DNA of 64,000 nucleotides from an uncultured virus (IMG/VR IMGVR_UViG_3300024270_002235) (taxonomy: Duplodnaviria > Heunggongvirae > Uroviricota > Caudoviricetes). A program made the translations under genes and the position numbers. The DNA lies in IMG/VR virus record IMGVR_UViG_3300024270_002235; one strand, written 5' to 3'. The notes beneath the pieces were generated by a model. That model did no database searches. It saw only the letters and a program-made list of their open reading frames with translations, and had not been told where the DNA came from. The first letter of the stretch is position 1. Every line of letters starts with the position of its first letter. This document shows positions 38,205-50,000 of this stretch, piece after piece.

Positions 38205-40907
38205 TTATTCAGCATCTAATCCAGCTATTATTTCATCTATTTCAGCATCAGTAACAAAAGGTATTTCTTGTTCTCTTATTACTAAAACATCGTCTCCTTG
38301 TATTCCACCTAAAGCTATTCTTAACATACCATCTTCAGTTATTTCAGCTACTAATGATTGTATAACAGCAGCCATTTCACCTTTTATAGTAGCATGTAAG
38401 TCAGCATCAGCTTGAGCAAAGTCAGCTCTTATATCAGCTTCTTCAGCTTTAGCTCTATCAGCTTCAACTTTTATAGCAGCATTTCTGTCTTCAACTTCTT
38501 TAGCTATAGCATCAGATAATTCTCCTCTTATAGCAGCTTCTTGACCTTCAGCTCTTTGTTGTTCAGCTAGAACAGCAGCTCCTCTATCTTCTACTTCTTT
38601 GTTTATAGCAGCAAGTAATTCTCCTTCTTTACCTTCTGCTCTTCCTTTTTCAGCTTCTACTAAACCAACTATACGTTTTTCTTCAGCGTCAGCTCTTTGT
38701 GCTTCAGCATCAACTTTACCTTCTATTCTAGCTTCTTCAGCAACTCTTAAAGCAGATTCAGCAGCTATATCATCAGCTATTTTTTTGTTAACTCTAGCAG
38801 CTTCATCTTCCATAGCTTTATTTATAGCTTGATGAGCTTGTTCTGCAGCTTCGTTCATAGCTTGATGTTGTTCTGCCATTTCTCCTCTTATTTCAGCAGC
38901 TTCATCTTCTAAAGCTTTTTCTATTCTAGCTTCTTCAGCAACTCTTAAAGCAGATTCAGCAGCTATATCATCAGCTATTTTTTGGTTAACTCTTTGTGCT
39001 TCAGCAGCCATTTCTTGTCTTATAGCAGCTTCCACACCTTCAGCTCTACCTTTTTCAACTTTTATTTGGTTAGCTAAAGTACCTTCTTGTTCAGCATCTT
39101 TTTGTTTAGCTAATTCATCAGCAACAACTTTAACATCATCATCTATTTCTTTTTGTAAGTCAGCTTTTAAGTTGTTCATTGCTGTATTATGTTCTTCTAC
39201 ATATGCATCGTAAATACCTTTATTATCATTTATAGCTTTTGCTAATTCATTTAAAGTATTCATTGCATCTGGAGCAGAGTCAACTAAATCAGCTATTTTT
39301 TGTTCTGCATGAGCTTTAGCATCTGCTAATACTTGAGCATCTGCAGCTGCAAAGTCTTCTCTTATTTTAGCTTCTTCAGCTTTCATTTCAACTATATCAT
39401 CTTCATTAGCTTTAACTCTAGCTTCTAAAGCTTCAGCATCTGCATTTATAGCATCTACTGCATCTTTTATTTGTTTCTTAACAGAACCTTCAACATCAAC
39501 AGCTCCGTCTAATCTAGCTACATCTTCTTCTAAAGCTTCTGCTCTTCCTTCTAAAGCTAAAGCTCTACCTTCAACTAAGTCAACTTCAGATTGAGCTTGA
39601 TCAGCAGCAGCTTGAGCAGCTTCTATAGCAGCTTGTTTAACTGGAGCATCGTCTTCTAAAGCTTTTATTCTTCTATCTTGTTCTGCATCTACACCTGGTT
39701 GTGCAGCAACGTGAGCTTCAAGAGGTTTAACTCTTTCATCTAATGCTTTGTCTGCATCTTCTCTTAATTTAGCTTCAGCAGCAACGTCAGCATCTATTTC
39801 ACCTTGTAATTCTTGTTTTAAAGCAGCTAAATCTTTTCCAACTTGTTCAGCAGCTGCTTCCATTTCTTGATCATGTTTATCAGATAAATCTTGAACTGCT
39901 TTACCTCTATCTTCAACTTCTTTAGCTAAATCTTGAGTTAATTTTAATTCAGCAGCTCTAGCAGCTTCTGCTTCAGCTTCTACTAAACCAACTATACGTT
40001 TTTCTTCAGCGTCAGCTCTTTGTGCTTCAGCATCAACTTTTCCTTCTATTCTTTGTTCTTCAGCAACTCTTAAAGCAGATTCAGCAGCTATATCGTCAGC
40101 TATTTTTTTATCTACTCTTTGAGCTTCAACACCCATTTCTTGTCTTATAGCAGCTTCTTGTCCTTCAGCTCTTTCTTTTTCTCCAGCTACAGCATTTTGC
40201 ATAGCTTGGTTCATTTCTTGATGAGCTTGAGCCATAGCTTGGTTCATAGCTTTATGAGCATCTTCTATTTCTTTTCTTAATCCAGATGCTTCTTTACCTT
40301 CTACACCTTCACCAGCTTCAACAGTGTAATTACCTAATTCAGCAGCCATTTCTCCTCTTATTTCAGCAGCTTCATCAGCTAATTCTTGTCTTATAGCAGC
40401 TTCTTGTCCTTCAGCTCTACCTTTTTCATCAAGTATATCTTGTTCTAATTCTGCTTTAGCATTGTCTAAAGCTAAATGTAATCCAGTAGCAGGTTCTTCA
40501 CCTTCAACAGGTTTTCCTACTAATCCTTGTAATCCATCTATATCAGATTCATTTTGAGCTATTCTAGCTTCTATTTCTCCACCTTGAGCTAAATCTTCTT
40601 CAACAGCTTTTAATCTGTCATCTACATCTTGGATAGCACCATCGAACGATTCATCGAAATCAGCTTGGTTAAATCCAAATTCTTTCCATACTAATTGCCC
40701 TTCTTCTTCACCTTTTACTAATTGGTAAGTCATGTTAGCTTCTGCAACATAAACTAACATCCCTTCGTATGCTCTGTTATTTGTTACATGAGCATCCCTT
40801 TCTGCTATCGTATTAACAGCAACCCTCGCATCAAGAGGTTTTTGGGCTCCAAGGTCAAAACCAGCGGCAACCCCTATACCTTTACCGAATTGATTATCTA
40901 AAGCCAT
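38205..40907 (-). CDS. long coiled-coil fibre protein
   Basis: N-terminal PLDAR head motif, Ala/Glu heptad repeats with internal duplications, AP..MNTL.ELA.A fibre motif. Confidence 0.65.
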   Translation of the reverse strand: MALDNQFGKGIGVAAGFDLGAQKPLDARVAVNTIAERDAHVTNNRAYEGMLVYVAEANMTYQLVKGEEEGQLVWKEFGFNQADFDESFDGAIQDVDDRLKAVEEDLAQGGEIEARIAQNESDIDGLQGLVGKPVEGEEPATGLHLALDNAKAELEQDILDEKGRAEGQEAAIRQELADEAAEIRGEMAAELGNYTVEAGEGVEGKEASGLRKEIEDAHKAMNQAMAQAHQEMNQAMQNAVAGEKERAEGQEAAIRQEMGVEAQRVDKKIADDIAAESALRVAEEQRIEGKVDAEAQRADAEEKRIVGLVEAEAEAARAAELKLTQDLAKEVEDRGKAVQDLSDKHDQEMEAAAEQVGKDLAALKQELQGEIDADVAAEAKLREDADKALDERVKPLEAHVAAQPGVDAEQDRRIKALEDDAPVKQAAIEAAQAAADQAQSEVDLVEGRALALEGRAEALEEDVARLDGAVDVEGSVKKQIKDAVDAINADAEALEARVKANEDDIVEMKAEEAKIREDFAAADAQVLADAKAHAEQKIADLVDSAPDAMNTLNELAKAINDNKGIYDAYVEEHNTAMNNLKADLQKEIDDDVKVVADELAKQKDAEQEGTLANQIKVEKGRAEGVEAAIRQEMAAEAQRVNQKIADDIAAESALRVAEEARIEKALEDEAAEIRGEMAEQHQAMNEAAEQAHQAINKAMEDEAARVNKKIADDIAAESALRVAEEARIEGKVDAEAQRADAEEKRIVGLVEAEKGRAEGKEGELLAAINKEVEDRGAAVLAEQQRAEGQEAAIRGELSDAIAKEVEDRNAAIKVEADRAKAEEADIRADFAQADADLHATIKGEMAAVIQSLVAEITEDGMLRIALGGIQGDDVLVIREQEIPFVTDAEIDEIIAGLDAE

Positions 40908-40941
40908 CTTTTTTCACTCCTTTACCTATTTATTATTTATA

Positions 40942-41853
40942 TTAATATTTGAATGTATATTTAAATCCAGAACCAGTGAATGCTCCACTTACGTATACGT
41001 AGTAAGCAACATCTTTACCATCTAATCCATTTACAGTTACTTCATGTCTTGTAAATGCAGCTATATTTTCGAACGCATTAGGGTCTAATGCAGATTTTAA
41101 TACACCATGTGCTTTAGGGAAAGCTATTACTGCACATTGGTTATTTGTAGTATATGAATAAGCTTTTTGTCCTTTACCAGAAACATCTTTAGTTAATCCT
41201 TCAACTAAAGCTTCATCTACAGCAGCTCCTGCTTCACATACTCCATAGTAATAAGGATAAACGAAAGAGAATGCTCCAGTTGAACCTTCAACAGATGCAC
41301 CAGTTTCATCGTATGCCTTAACTTTTAATTGAACGTTAACAGAATTAACAGCAACACTTAATCCAGAGAAAGTGAAAGTACCACCATTAGCAACTTCGTC
41401 ACCTTCTTTAACAGCTAATACATTTGTTCCTTGTAATAATTCTACTTTAGTTATTTTTTTAGATTTTTTAGTAACTGTAGCTTGAACTGCAGTTATAGTT
41501 TGGTTATTACCATGTTCGAAAGTACCACCATTAGGTGTTCCTTTAACATTAGATATAGTTTGTTTTACATAAGGGAATAATAACATGTCAAGTATTTCAG
41601 TAACAGATTTTCCATCTAAACTTGTACCTGCAGCTATTCCTCCTAAAGCATTAACAGTAGTTATACCGTTTTCGAATGTTACAGCTTCGTCTATAGCAGC
41701 TTCTCTATCTTCTACTTCTTGTGCTATAGCAGCTTCTCTATCTTCTACTTCTTGTGCGATAGCTTCTGCGTTAGCTGCGTCTCCTGCTTTTGATCTATCA
41801 TCAAGAGCTTTAGCTAATTTCGCAAGTCTATCTTTATCTACTAATTTAGACAT
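40942..41853 (-). CDS. putative fibre-associated structural protein (Ig-like C-terminus)
   Basis: Short coiled coil, EILDMLLFPY, YPYYYG, beta-rich C-terminus. Confidence 0.5.
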   Translation of the reverse strand: MSKLVDKDRLAKLAKALDDRSKAGDAANAEAIAQEVEDREAAIAQEVEDREAAIDEAVTFENGITTVNALGGIAAGTSLDGKSVTEILDMLLFPYVKQTISNVKGTPNGGTFEHGNNQTITAVQATVTKKSKKITKVELLQGTNVLAVKEGDEVANGGTFTFSGLSVAVNSVNVQLKVKAYDETGASVEGSTGAFSFVYPYYYGVCEAGAAVDEALVEGLTKDVSGKGQKAYSYTTNNQCAVIAFPKAHGVLKSALDPNAFENIAAFTRHEVTVNGLDGKDVAYYVYVSGAFTGSGFKYTFKY

Positions 41854-41894
41854 TTATAATACACTCCTTTTTTAATTAGATTTTTATTAATAAG

Positions 41895-41918
41895 TTGGGC
41901 TTATAAAAATAAGCCCAA
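41895..41918 (-). other. hairpin in 5' leader
   Basis: ttgggctt(at)/(at)aagcccaa. Confidence 0.45.
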
Positions 41919-41927
41919 ATTTACCTT

Positions 41928-41939
41928 TACTGTATTGTT
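41928..41939 (-). promoter_or_regulatory. late-type promoter
   Basis: AACA atacag TA. Confidence 0.6.
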
Positions 41940-41950
41940 CTTATAAGACA

Positions 41951-42670
41951 TTAAATATCTAAAGAGTTGATTATATTATCTATATCACTATCATTAGTTA
42001 TAGGTATAACAGATAATTCATCATCCTCTAATGATTTTAATATTAATTCATTTTCTTCTATCACCAATTCATCTGCTATTTTAGGTACATTTACAAGTTG
42101 ATCCCAATCTTTTGGTTGTTTTATATCATCAAGAATATGATCTATTGCTTCACCTATACTGTTTAATTGTTTAAAATCTCTATTAGCGTAAGAAACATCA
42201 TATGCTCCAACTTCCACAGTAAGTGAATCTATAGATACTGGTTTAACTTCAGGAACTCCTTCTGTATTTATTACTACTGAAAGTAATTTATCTTTATCTG
42301 CTGGATCTAATTGTAATAGCTTATCTTGAAGTTTACCTTCCAACATAGCTTTGATACCCTCTATGATAGTTTCTTCACCCATCAATTGTTGAGTTTCTTC
42401 CCACTCTTCTTTATTAGCAGTACCATTAGTATCCATAAGAACACTATTAACTTTTGTTATCATATTTATAACTGCTTCATTTAATACGTCAACTTCAGCA
42501 GCCAATTTATTTATAGCATTGACTATTTTAGTATCATTACCTTTAAAGTATTCAGGATTCAATCCTTTATTTAATGCTGGAATTGATTTAAATATCATTT
42601 CAGCATTTTCTGCTGTTTTAGTAGTCAATACGTTAATTTGTTGAAGTATAGCTTCTTCGGAAAGTGCCAT
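41951..42670 (-). CDS. putative fibre/adaptor protein
   Basis: IVNAIN.L fibre motif; C-terminal ITNDSDIDNII. Confidence 0.5.
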   Translation of the reverse strand: MALSEEAILQQINVLTTKTAENAEMIFKSIPALNKGLNPEYFKGNDTKIVNAINKLAAEVDVLNEAVINMITKVNSVLMDTNGTANKEEWEETQQLMGEETIIEGIKAMLEGKLQDKLLQLDPADKDKLLSVVINTEGVPEVKPVSIDSLTVEVGAYDVSYANRDFKQLNSIGEAIDHILDDIKQPKDWDQLVNVPKIADELVIEENELILKSLEDDELSVIPITNDSDIDNIINSLDI

Positions 42671-42707
42671 TCAATTTCACCTCTTTCTTATGTGATTTTA
42701 ATTTATA

Positions 42708-45700
42708 TTAATGCTTAACTTTTAAAATTACAAATACCATATTAGATGTTGACATTCCATTTAATATTATTTGTTCTCCATCAAAAGTCCAAGTCCAGTT
42801 TGCTTTAGGTACAGCATCCCAGTTTTCTAAACCTTCTCCTTTTACTTGTACTAAACTTCCATCATATGGTATTAATGCATCATATCTGTTTAAAGCCTTG
42901 TGGTCTTCAACTAATCTTAAAGCATAAAGTCTGTAGTTATCTTTTTCTATGAATTGAGTCCACCAAGCCTCATATTCTGCATTAGTAATATTACCGTTGT
43001 TATATTCTTCTTCAACGAAATCCATTTCTTCAAAAAGTTTAGGAGCCGTTTCACGATCGAATACATACATTCCAGGAACAGATTGTTTTATTTCATGTAT
43101 CCATTCATAGTCTATACCATATTTCATATCTCGTAATTCTTGTTTAGCCATTGCTAATTCCTCCTTAAGAGCTTGAATTTGTTTTATAAGGTCACTATCA
43201 TCAATAGTTTCGTCTACTTTTTCAAGCATTTGAATATTTCCGATAACAACGTTAGTTTTAGCTATAATACCATGAACATCAACATCTCCATCAACACCGT
43301 TATTTGTACCTTTATTGAATCTGTTAATAGTACCTCCATTTAATACTACTTCACAATCTTCTATAATACCGTTAACCGATTTATCTTCAGTTTCTCCTCC
43401 ACAGTAGAATCCTTGTACTAAACCGTCATTTAATATAATTTTAGCATTATTTACTATACCTCTGTTTGTAGTTTGAACACAAGTATATTTTCCTCCGTTT
43501 ATTTCTACTACTGCATTTCTAGAACATCCATTAGAACCTCCAGCAGTCAACCAACCTACTTCACAATTAATTAATTTTATATTAATTGTATCAGCAATAC
43601 CGAATCCTTGAGAACCACCGAATAATAATGAACAACCAGTCATATTTTCAGCTTTTATTATAACATCGTGAACTACATTCACTCTAGCTGGTTTTCCATT
43701 TACTGACGCACCACACCAACCAGCACCGATTATTTGTTTCATAACACAATCTTTAATATCTATTTCAGCATTTCCAACTATACCTTCAAAGTAGCTACCA
43801 CCACAAATACCTTTGATATTAACTCCTCTAGCAACCACTTTAGTAGCTGGTAAACTTCTCTTAATATTAACATTATTTGGTCCGTATCCTCCGAATACCA
43901 TTAATTTACCAGCATCTGCTGCAGGTACATTTATATACTCTAATCGTTCATTCCACATATAACTACAGATTATTTCATCTTCAGGTAATTCCGCACTATA
44001 TTTATGGTCTTTATTTACATTAACGTACATAGGTATACCACATGCAAATAAGAATTTACTAGTTGGATATGCATCTATATCCATTAAGTAAGGTTTTTCT
44101 TCATCTATTAAAGCTCTTAATTCCGAATCATCATAGCTTATTTGTTCTATATCTTCTTTAGTGAAATAGTCTACACCTTTAACAGGAGTATATCCAGCTT
44201 CACCTTGAGGTCCAACTTCTCCTTGTATACCCTGTTCACCTTGAGGTCCAACTTCACCTTGTGGTCCTTGTGGTCCAACAGGTCCTTGTTCACCTTGAGG
44301 TCCTTGAAGACCTTGTTCACCTTGATCTCCTTTAGGTCCTTGTGGTCCTACTATTTTACCAAGATCAACAAATGAATCCGTTCCATTAAATACTATTAAA
44401 TGACCATTATCTTCTATAACATAACAATCTCCTGCTTGTTCACCAACTATATCTTTTATATCTGCTTCAGTAGGTATAACACCTATTATATGTATAGAAG
44501 TACCATCAGCACCTCTTTCACCTTGTGGTCCTTGAGGTCCTTGTTCACCTTGTGGTCCAACTTCTCCTTGAGGTCCTTGTGGTCCAGCAGGTCCTTGTTC
44601 TCCTCTTTCACCTTGTGGTCCTTGAGGTCCAACTTCACCTTGTGGTCCTTGTTCTCCTCTTTCACCTTGTGGTCCTTGAGGTCCAACTTCTCCTTGATCT
44701 CCTTTTTCACCTTGAAGTCCTTGTTCTCCTCTTTCACCTTGTGGTCCTTGAGGTCCAACTTCTCCTTGATCTCCTTTTTCACCTTTTAAAGAAGCTACGA
44801 AATCTTCTACAGTTCCAGCTTCATTTCCTTCTAAAGTTTTCCAAGCCATATAAGCAGAGTGTCCTTGTGGTCCTTGTGGTCCTTGAGGTCCAACTTCTCC
44901 TTGTGGTCCTTGTTTTCCTTCTGGTCCTCTTTCACCTTGAGGTCCTTGTATACCTTGTTCACCTTGTGGTCCTATAGGTCCTTGTGGTCCAGTTTCTCCC
45001 ATAGGTCCTTGTTCACCTTGTAAACCTTGAGGTCCTTGTGGTCCTATTTCACCTTGGATACCTTGAGGTCCTTGTGGTCCTTTTTCACCTTGGTCACCTT
45101 TATCTCCTTTTTCACCTTTAGGTCCTTGTTCACCTTGTGGTCCTTGGTCTCCTTTTTCACCTGGTAATCCTTGTGGTCCTTGAACACCTTGTTCACCTTT
45201 TTCTCCAGGTATACCTTGTTCTCCTCTTTCACCTTGAGGTCCTTGTTCTCCTTTTAAAGAAGCTATAAAATCTTCTACAGTTCCAGCTTCATTTCCTTCT
45301 AAAGTTTTCCAAGCCATATAAGCAGAGTGACCTCTTTCACCTTGTGGTCCAACAGGTCCTTGTGGTCCCATAGGTCCTTCTGGTCCAGCAGGTCCTATTT
45401 CACCTTGTGGTCCTTGAACACCTTGTTCACCTTTTTCTCCCATAGGTCCTTGTATACCTTGAGGTCCTCTCATTGATTCTATAAATTCTTCTACAGTACC
45501 TTCTTCATTTCCTTCTATAGTTCTCCAAGCTTGATATGCAGAGAATCCTCTTTCACCTTGTATACCTTGAGGTCCTTGAGGTCCAACTGCTCCTTGAGGT
45601 CCTTGAGGTCCAGCAGGTCCTCTCATTGATTCCATATATTCTTCTACAGTTTTATTAGCATTTCCTTCTAATGTTTTCCATGCTTGATATGCAGAGAATC

Positions 45701-46913
45701 CTTGAGGTCCTTGTGGTCCCTGAGGTCCTTGTTCCCCTTGTGGACCTTGGTCTCCTTTTGGTCCTTTTATTTCACCAGCATCAACAAATTTATTTGGTTC
45801 AACGCAAACGTATAAGTGTCCGTTTGCTTTTATGATGTAACCGTTACCAACTTCTTCATCAGCAAGGTTATCTAAATCACTAACAGCATCTAATACACCA
45901 ACTATTTTAACAGAAGTACCATCAGCACCTCTTTCACCTTTTTCTCCTCTAGGTCCTTGTATACCTTGAGGTCCTTGTGGTCCCACTTCACCTTGTATAC
46001 CTTGTACACCCTGAGGTCCTTGAGGTCCTATTGGTCCAACTTCTCCTTGGTCCCCTTTTTCTCCTCTTACACCTTGTATACCTTGAGGTCCTTGAGGTCC
46101 CATAGGTCCTATTAGACCTTGTTCACCTTGAGGTCCTTGATCTCCTTTAGGTCCTCTTTCACCTTGAGGTCCTTGAAGACCTTGAGGTCCTTGTTCACCT
46201 TTAGGTCCAACTTCCCCTTGAGGTCCTTGTATACCTTGGATACCTTGATCTCCTTTAGGTCCAACTGGTCCTTGAGGTCCTTCTGGTCCTTGTATACCTT
46301 GAGGTCCCATAGGTCCTATTGGTCCTTGAAGACCTTGTTCACCTTCTGGTCCTGCTTTACCTTGAGGTCCTTGTGGTCCCATTTCACCTTGAGGTCCTTG
46401 TATACCTTGTTCACCTTGGTCCCCTTTATCACCTTTTAAACCTTGAGGTCCTTCTGGTCCCATAGGTCCTTGTTCTCCTCTTGGTCCTTGTGGTCCAACA
46501 GGTCCGACTAAACCTTGTTCACCTTTAGGTCCTTGTATACCTTGTTCACCTTGTGGTCCAACTGGTCCCATAGGTCCTTGAGGTCCAACTAAGCCATCTA
46601 ACCAATCTAATTCATTACCTTCATAACCATTTTCAACTGCTATATCAAATGCAGATTTTCCCATGGCTATTTCAGCATATTTATCTATTAACATTCCTTC
46701 TACTTTTATACCATTTATGACTTTTGATTTTAAAGAGTTTACTACATAGAATTTCTGTTCATCTTTAACATAGAACATCATACCGACATATGGTAATTCA
46801 ATCGTTTCAACATCTGCGATTGTATCTATTCTTGATCTTGCGTCTATAGGTGTATCTTTACCAGAAGGCATTAAAGATCCACCGATTACGACGTTATTTC
46901 TTTTATCAGCCAT
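42708..46913 (-). CDS. collagen-like fibre protein
   Basis: Long G-X-Y tracts (GPQ/GEQ) interrupted by G.SAY.AW...EGN...T.E.F..S.G modules; Gly-rich beta-helix-like C-terminal region. Confidence 0.9.
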   Translation of the reverse strand: MADKRNNVVIGGSLMPSGKDTPIDARSRIDTIADVETIELPYVGMMFYVKDEQKFYVVNSLKSKVINGIKVEGMLIDKYAEIAMGKSAFDIAVENGYEGNELDWLDGLVGPQGPMGPVGPQGEQGIQGPKGEQGLVGPVGPQGPRGEQGPMGPEGPQGLKGDKGDQGEQGIQGPQGEMGPQGPQGKAGPEGEQGLQGPIGPMGPQGIQGPEGPQGPVGPKGDQGIQGIQGPQGEVGPKGEQGPQGLQGPQGERGPKGDQGPQGEQGLIGPMGPQGPQGIQGVRGEKGDQGEVGPIGPQGPQGVQGIQGEVGPQGPQGIQGPRGEKGERGADGTSVKIVGVLDAVSDLDNLADEEVGNGYIIKANGHLYVCVEPNKFVDAGEIKGPKGDQGPQGEQGPQGPQGPQGFSAYQAWKTLEGNANKTVEEYMESMRGPAGPQGPQGAVGPQGPQGIQGERGFSAYQAWRTIEGNEEGTVEEFIESMRGPQGIQGPMGEKGEQGVQGPQGEIGPAGPEGPMGPQGPVGPQGERGHSAYMAWKTLEGNEAGTVEDFIASLKGEQGPQGERGEQGIPGEKGEQGVQGPQGLPGEKGDQGPQGEQGPKGEKGDKGDQGEKGPQGPQGIQGEIGPQGPQGLQGEQGPMGETGPQGPIGPQGEQGIQGPQGERGPEGKQGPQGEVGPQGPQGPQGHSAYMAWKTLEGNEAGTVEDFVASLKGEKGDQGEVGPQGPQGERGEQGLQGEKGDQGEVGPQGPQGERGEQGPQGEVGPQGPQGERGEQGPAGPQGPQGEVGPQGEQGPQGPQGERGADGTSIHIIGVIPTEADIKDIVGEQAGDCYVIEDNGHLIVFNGTDSFVDLGKIVGPQGPKGDQGEQGLQGPQGEQGPVGPQGPQGEVGPQGEQGIQGEVGPQGEAGYTPVKGVDYFTKEDIEQISYDDSELRALIDEEKPYLMDIDAYPTSKFLFACGIPMYVNVNKDHKYSAELPEDEIICSYMWNERLEYINVPAADAGKLMVFGGYGPNNVNIKRSLPATKVVARGVNIKGICGGSYFEGIVGNAEIDIKDCVMKQIIGAGWCGASVNGKPARVNVVHDVIIKAENMTGCSLLFGGSQGFGIADTINIKLINCEVGWLTAGGSNGCSRNAVVEINGGKYTCVQTTNRGIVNNAKIILNDGLVQGFYCGGETEDKSVNGIIEDCEVVLNGGTINRFNKGTNNGVDGDVDVHGIIAKTNVVIGNIQMLEKVDETIDDSDLIKQIQALKEELAMAKQELRDMKYGIDYEWIHEIKQSVPGMYVFDRETAPKLFEEMDFVEEEYNNGNITNAEYEAWWTQFIEKDNYRLYALRLVEDHKALNRYDALIPYDGSLVQVKGEGLENWDAVPKANWTWTFDGEQIILNGMSTSNMVFVILKVKH

Positions 46914-46977
46914 GATTAATTTACACTCTCCTTTATTATTGAATATTTAATTTACAACATCACTTACATAAAAAATC

Positions 46978-47013
46978 AAATACATAAGAGATGTTGTAAT
47001 CTCTTATGTATTT
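46978..47013 (-). terminator. intrinsic terminator
   Basis: aaatacataagagat/atctcttatgtattt. Confidence 0.8.
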
Positions 47014-47016
47014 GTT
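47005..47016 (-). promoter_or_regulatory. late-type promoter overlapping the hairpin arm
   Basis: AACA aataca TA. Confidence 0.45.
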
Positions 47017-47026
47017 TTTGTTAATT

Positions 47027-50000
47027 CTAAAGGAATCTTTCTCCTATATGAACATGTTTAACTCTTATATTATTTCCTAATCCTAAAGATTGGAATAATT
47101 CATCAGGTAAATGAATAGCTTTGATATTACCACCACGAATAACAATTTTTATGTTTCTAGCATCAGCAGTAGTTTTATCTAATGAAGCATGTTCTTTAGT
47201 ATTATGTAATGCATAGAACTTAATACTATCTTTATTTGTTCTATTAGGTACTTTTGATAATAATAAGTTGATAACATCTGCACTACAATTATTAACATTA
47301 ACTAAAGATAATTTATCAGCTCCGCCAAACATATGTTCAATTGTTAAGTTTGGATTTATGTTACAGTTTGAAATATTTAATGTTTCTAATGCTTCACAAT
47401 TCATAAATAAAGCACTTACGTTAGTAGCCTTACTAAAATCCCAATTACTTAAATCCAATTCTTTGAAAGGACTTCCACCAAATAATCCATACATTGCAGT
47501 AACATTACTTGTATTCCAATTAGTAACATCTACTGATTCTAGTACTTTATTATTATAGAATACAAATGTCATGTCAGTAACATTATCAGTTTTAAAATGT
47601 CCAACTTCTAAATGTTTTAATGACTTACAAGAATAGAATGCACAATATAAAGTTATAACATTAGAAGTATCCCAATTTCTAGTATTAATTCTAGTAACAT
47701 TTTCAGCTTTAGCAAATATATTATTCATACTTGATATATTTTCTTTGATATCTACATATAAAACATCTAATAATGATAAAATACCACTTTCTGTAAACGC
47801 ACTACTTGAATCACCAAATACTATTCTCGTAGGTCTCTTATCAGATTTATATTTTAATGTTCTAACTACTCTACCATCAGCTTTCACATCATCAATAACT
47901 TCATAGTTTGATTGTGGATAACTTGGTGTTATAGGTAAGAAGTTTTCATATACATTACTATCAAAGATGTATTTAACCATTATAGGCTCATAGCTTAAAT
48001 TCCAGTTTTTAGCTTGTAATGTTTCTGTATCTAATAATGCTGGGTCTATATCATAGTAAGCAAGAGTACCAGCTTCTTTACCTGTTCTGTTAGGTAAATG
48101 TGGAATTATTGAATTAGTTGTATTTAGGTCATTTGATGTTATTTTAATTAATTCAGGAGTATTTGTTAATATATAACTCATATTAGTTACATTACTAGTA
48201 TCAAAATTACTTATATCTAATGAAGTTAATAATTTACAATTCTCAAACATAGCATGCATAGTATTTACATTACTAGTATCAAAATTACTTACATCTAATG
48301 AAGTTAAATTATTACAACCATGGAACATAGCTTCCATACCAGTTACATTACTAGTGTCGAAATTACTTACATCTAATGAAGTTAATGAATTACAGTTTAT
48401 AAACATACCGTTCATAGCAGTTACTTTACTAGTATCCCATTTACTTACATCTGATGAAGTTAAACTAGTACATTGTTCAAATGTCCAATCCATTTTAGTT
48501 ACATTGCTAGTATCAAAATTACTTACATCTAATGAAGTTAAACTATGGCATTTAAAGAACATTGCTGTCATAGTAGTTACTTTACTAGTATTAAAATTAG
48601 TAGTATTTATATATTTCAAATTAATACAACCAGCAAACATATAATCATTGTTTGTTATATAGTTGGTATCCATATCACATAATTCAATTAAGCAAGTATA
48701 TCTAGGATAAAGTGTATTATCCCATCTACCAAATCTAACTATAGTAGGCATAGTGCCATCAACATCTTCTATATTTCTTGTTATTACACCCTTACTATCA
48801 TTTGTATCCACAACAACATATTTATCCACACCAAAGTCATAATTGAATATAGGTATTAAGTCCTCATAGATATTACTGTCGTATTTATAAGAAGCAATTA
48901 AGTATCCAAGGTGCCAGTTTTTACCAGCCAATAAAGCAACTGTTTCTGCAGACACTTGGTCTTTATTAGGCATTATTATACGTCCAGTAGTAGTCGAACT
49001 TCTATCTGGAAGATATTGAACTAATTTATCTAATGTGTCTATTTCATTCATATAAATTCTTTCTGCTTTTTCTGTTTTTGTAAAGAAATTTTCTATTGCA
49101 CAATCATCATGTATAACAATATTATTTAAGTTTATAGTAGTAGCATTGTCTAAACGAGCTAACATCCATTCAGCTCTAATAACATTACTCATATCAAAAT
49201 TACTGATATCTAATGAAGTTAAAGAATAACAATCTCCAAACATACTAACCATATTATTTACTTTGCTAGTATTCCATTTACTTAAATCCAATGAACTTAA
49301 TTTTCTACAATGTCTAAATACAGATTCCATATGAGTTACATTACTAGTATCCCAATTACTTACATCTAATCCATCTAGTTCATAGCAATAATGGAATAAT
49401 GCAAGCATATTAGTTACATTACTAGTATTCCATTTACTTACATCTAGTGTTTGTAACACATTACAATTTTCAAACATCTTAGTCATATCAGTTACTTTAC
49501 TAGTATCAAAATTACTTACATCTAATGAAGTTAATGATTGACAATCTTTGAACATATATCCCATACTAGTTACGTTTCTAGTATCAAAATTACTTACATC
49601 TAATGAAGTTATTAAATAACAACTAGCAAACATACCTTCCATGTATTGTACGTTAGTAGTAATAAAGTTTTCTATTCCTACTATTTCAGTTAATTTTTGA
49701 CAGTTAGTAAACATATAACCCATATTTTTTACATTACTAGTATTAAAATTACTTACATCTAATGAAGTTAAATTAAAACATCTATCAAACATACTTTTAG
49801 TTGATGATACGTTAGATGTGTTCCATGTTTCTAATCCTGTTATATTTGTTACAGCCATCATATCATAGAATGTCCATTGTAAACTAAATACATTTCTAAT
49901 ATCAAAATTACTAACATCTAGTGAAGTTAATGATTTAGCTGACGCAAATGCTGATTCTATACCAATTCCCACTAGAGGTACTGTAGGATATTTTGTTATA

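Noticed and set aside
44142..46439. Alternative-frame and antisense ORFs in the collagen gene, and similar shadow ORFs elsewhere
   Set aside because: By-products of repeat periodicity and codon bias, without SD sites
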